Assembly (NCBI GenBank): GCA_036172245.1
Contig: JAYWIR010000009.1
Location: forward strand, 1,860,001-1,924,000
Direction of reading: 5' to 3'
Origin: Raillietiella orientalis
Taxonomy: Eukaryota
Length of the DNA: 64,000 nucleotides
Shown here: piece by piece, positions 63,321-64,000 of the stretch
Layout: every line of letters starts with the position of its first letter
How positions within the stretch are numbered: position 1 is the first letter of the stretch
Notes under the pieces: generated by a model
The model's database searches: none
Seen by the model: only the letters and a program-made list of their open reading frames with translations
Told to the model about the DNA's origin: nothing
Position numbers and translations under genes: made by a program

Positions 63321-64000
63321 CTGACGGCCCCACGCAACTGTCAGTGGAATCGTAAAACACTGATTTCCTAAAATCTAAATTGTCAGGGATAACGACTTTC
63401 AAATATGGGGAAACACCAATCCAGACACGACATTTTTTTTATTTTATTTTATTTTATTTTCCTTTTAATATCTGAGAAGCATCTTTTGAAAGAAACAAAA
63501 CGAGCGAAGAATTCTTGACAAAGCCTGCGTGAGGGAAACAAACTTTGATGATGATGACTTTTCGTACACACCCATTGCAATGGAGATAAAAAATCCTGCA
63601 CGGCTAGAATAAACGAAAGAAAAGGAAACTTCGATTCGCTCCATCTCCCAGCTATTAATAGTTCGGAAATACGTTTTGTTTAGAAAATAAAATGTGTAAA
63701 TTGATATTTTTTTGGCAAAGTCGGAAACTGTGAAAACAAAATCTCGCTCTCTGCAGAGAGAGGGAGAACCCAGCCCTCTTTCACGGATGCCTCCTTGCAG
63801 GAAACATGGAAAATAGGGAGAGCTCACGGGAAAATCGATTTCCAAGATACATCGCTTGCTGGTAATTGGATTCATTTTCTTACATTTTTTGAATTTCGAG
63901 AGTCCCTTTGTGGAATGTCCTGAAAATTTTTGCCCCCCCCCCCCCGGGTGTTTTGATTATTATTTCTTTTCTTTTCTTTTCCTTTTTTTTGTTTTTGTTT

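Overview
Eukaryotic invertebrate genomic DNA; the species cannot be determined from this window, but many introns are very short (46-63 nt). Three spliced protein-coding genes could be reconstructed by hand: a tincar-family multi-pass membrane protein (+, 25994-29532, 6 coding exons, about 857 aa), COMMD4 (-, 48976-50182, about 204 aa) and mitochondrial import receptor TOM20 (-, 56642-58862, 153 aa). Much of the remaining DNA resembles decayed non-LTR retrotransposons (L1/Tx1-like and R2/NeSL-like). There is also a 1025-bp non-autonomous piggyBac carrying a 48-bp minisatellite, and possibly a mariner remnant. The left half is very GC- and CpG-rich; the right half is AT-rich with CpG-depleted gene bodies. 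The two most interesting unexplained signals are (1) a CpG-depleted, ORF-less, hairpin-dense block at about 42.4-44.25 kb behind a promoter-like element, a candidate structured lncRNA or small-RNA host, and (2) a multi-hairpin 3'-UTR motif conserved with compensatory changes between diverged LINE copies at about 2.1 kb and 51 kb. Most long ORFs in the GC-rich half are composition artefacts or antisense shadows. TE-relic calls rest on degenerate motifs recognised by eye and need HMM confirmation.
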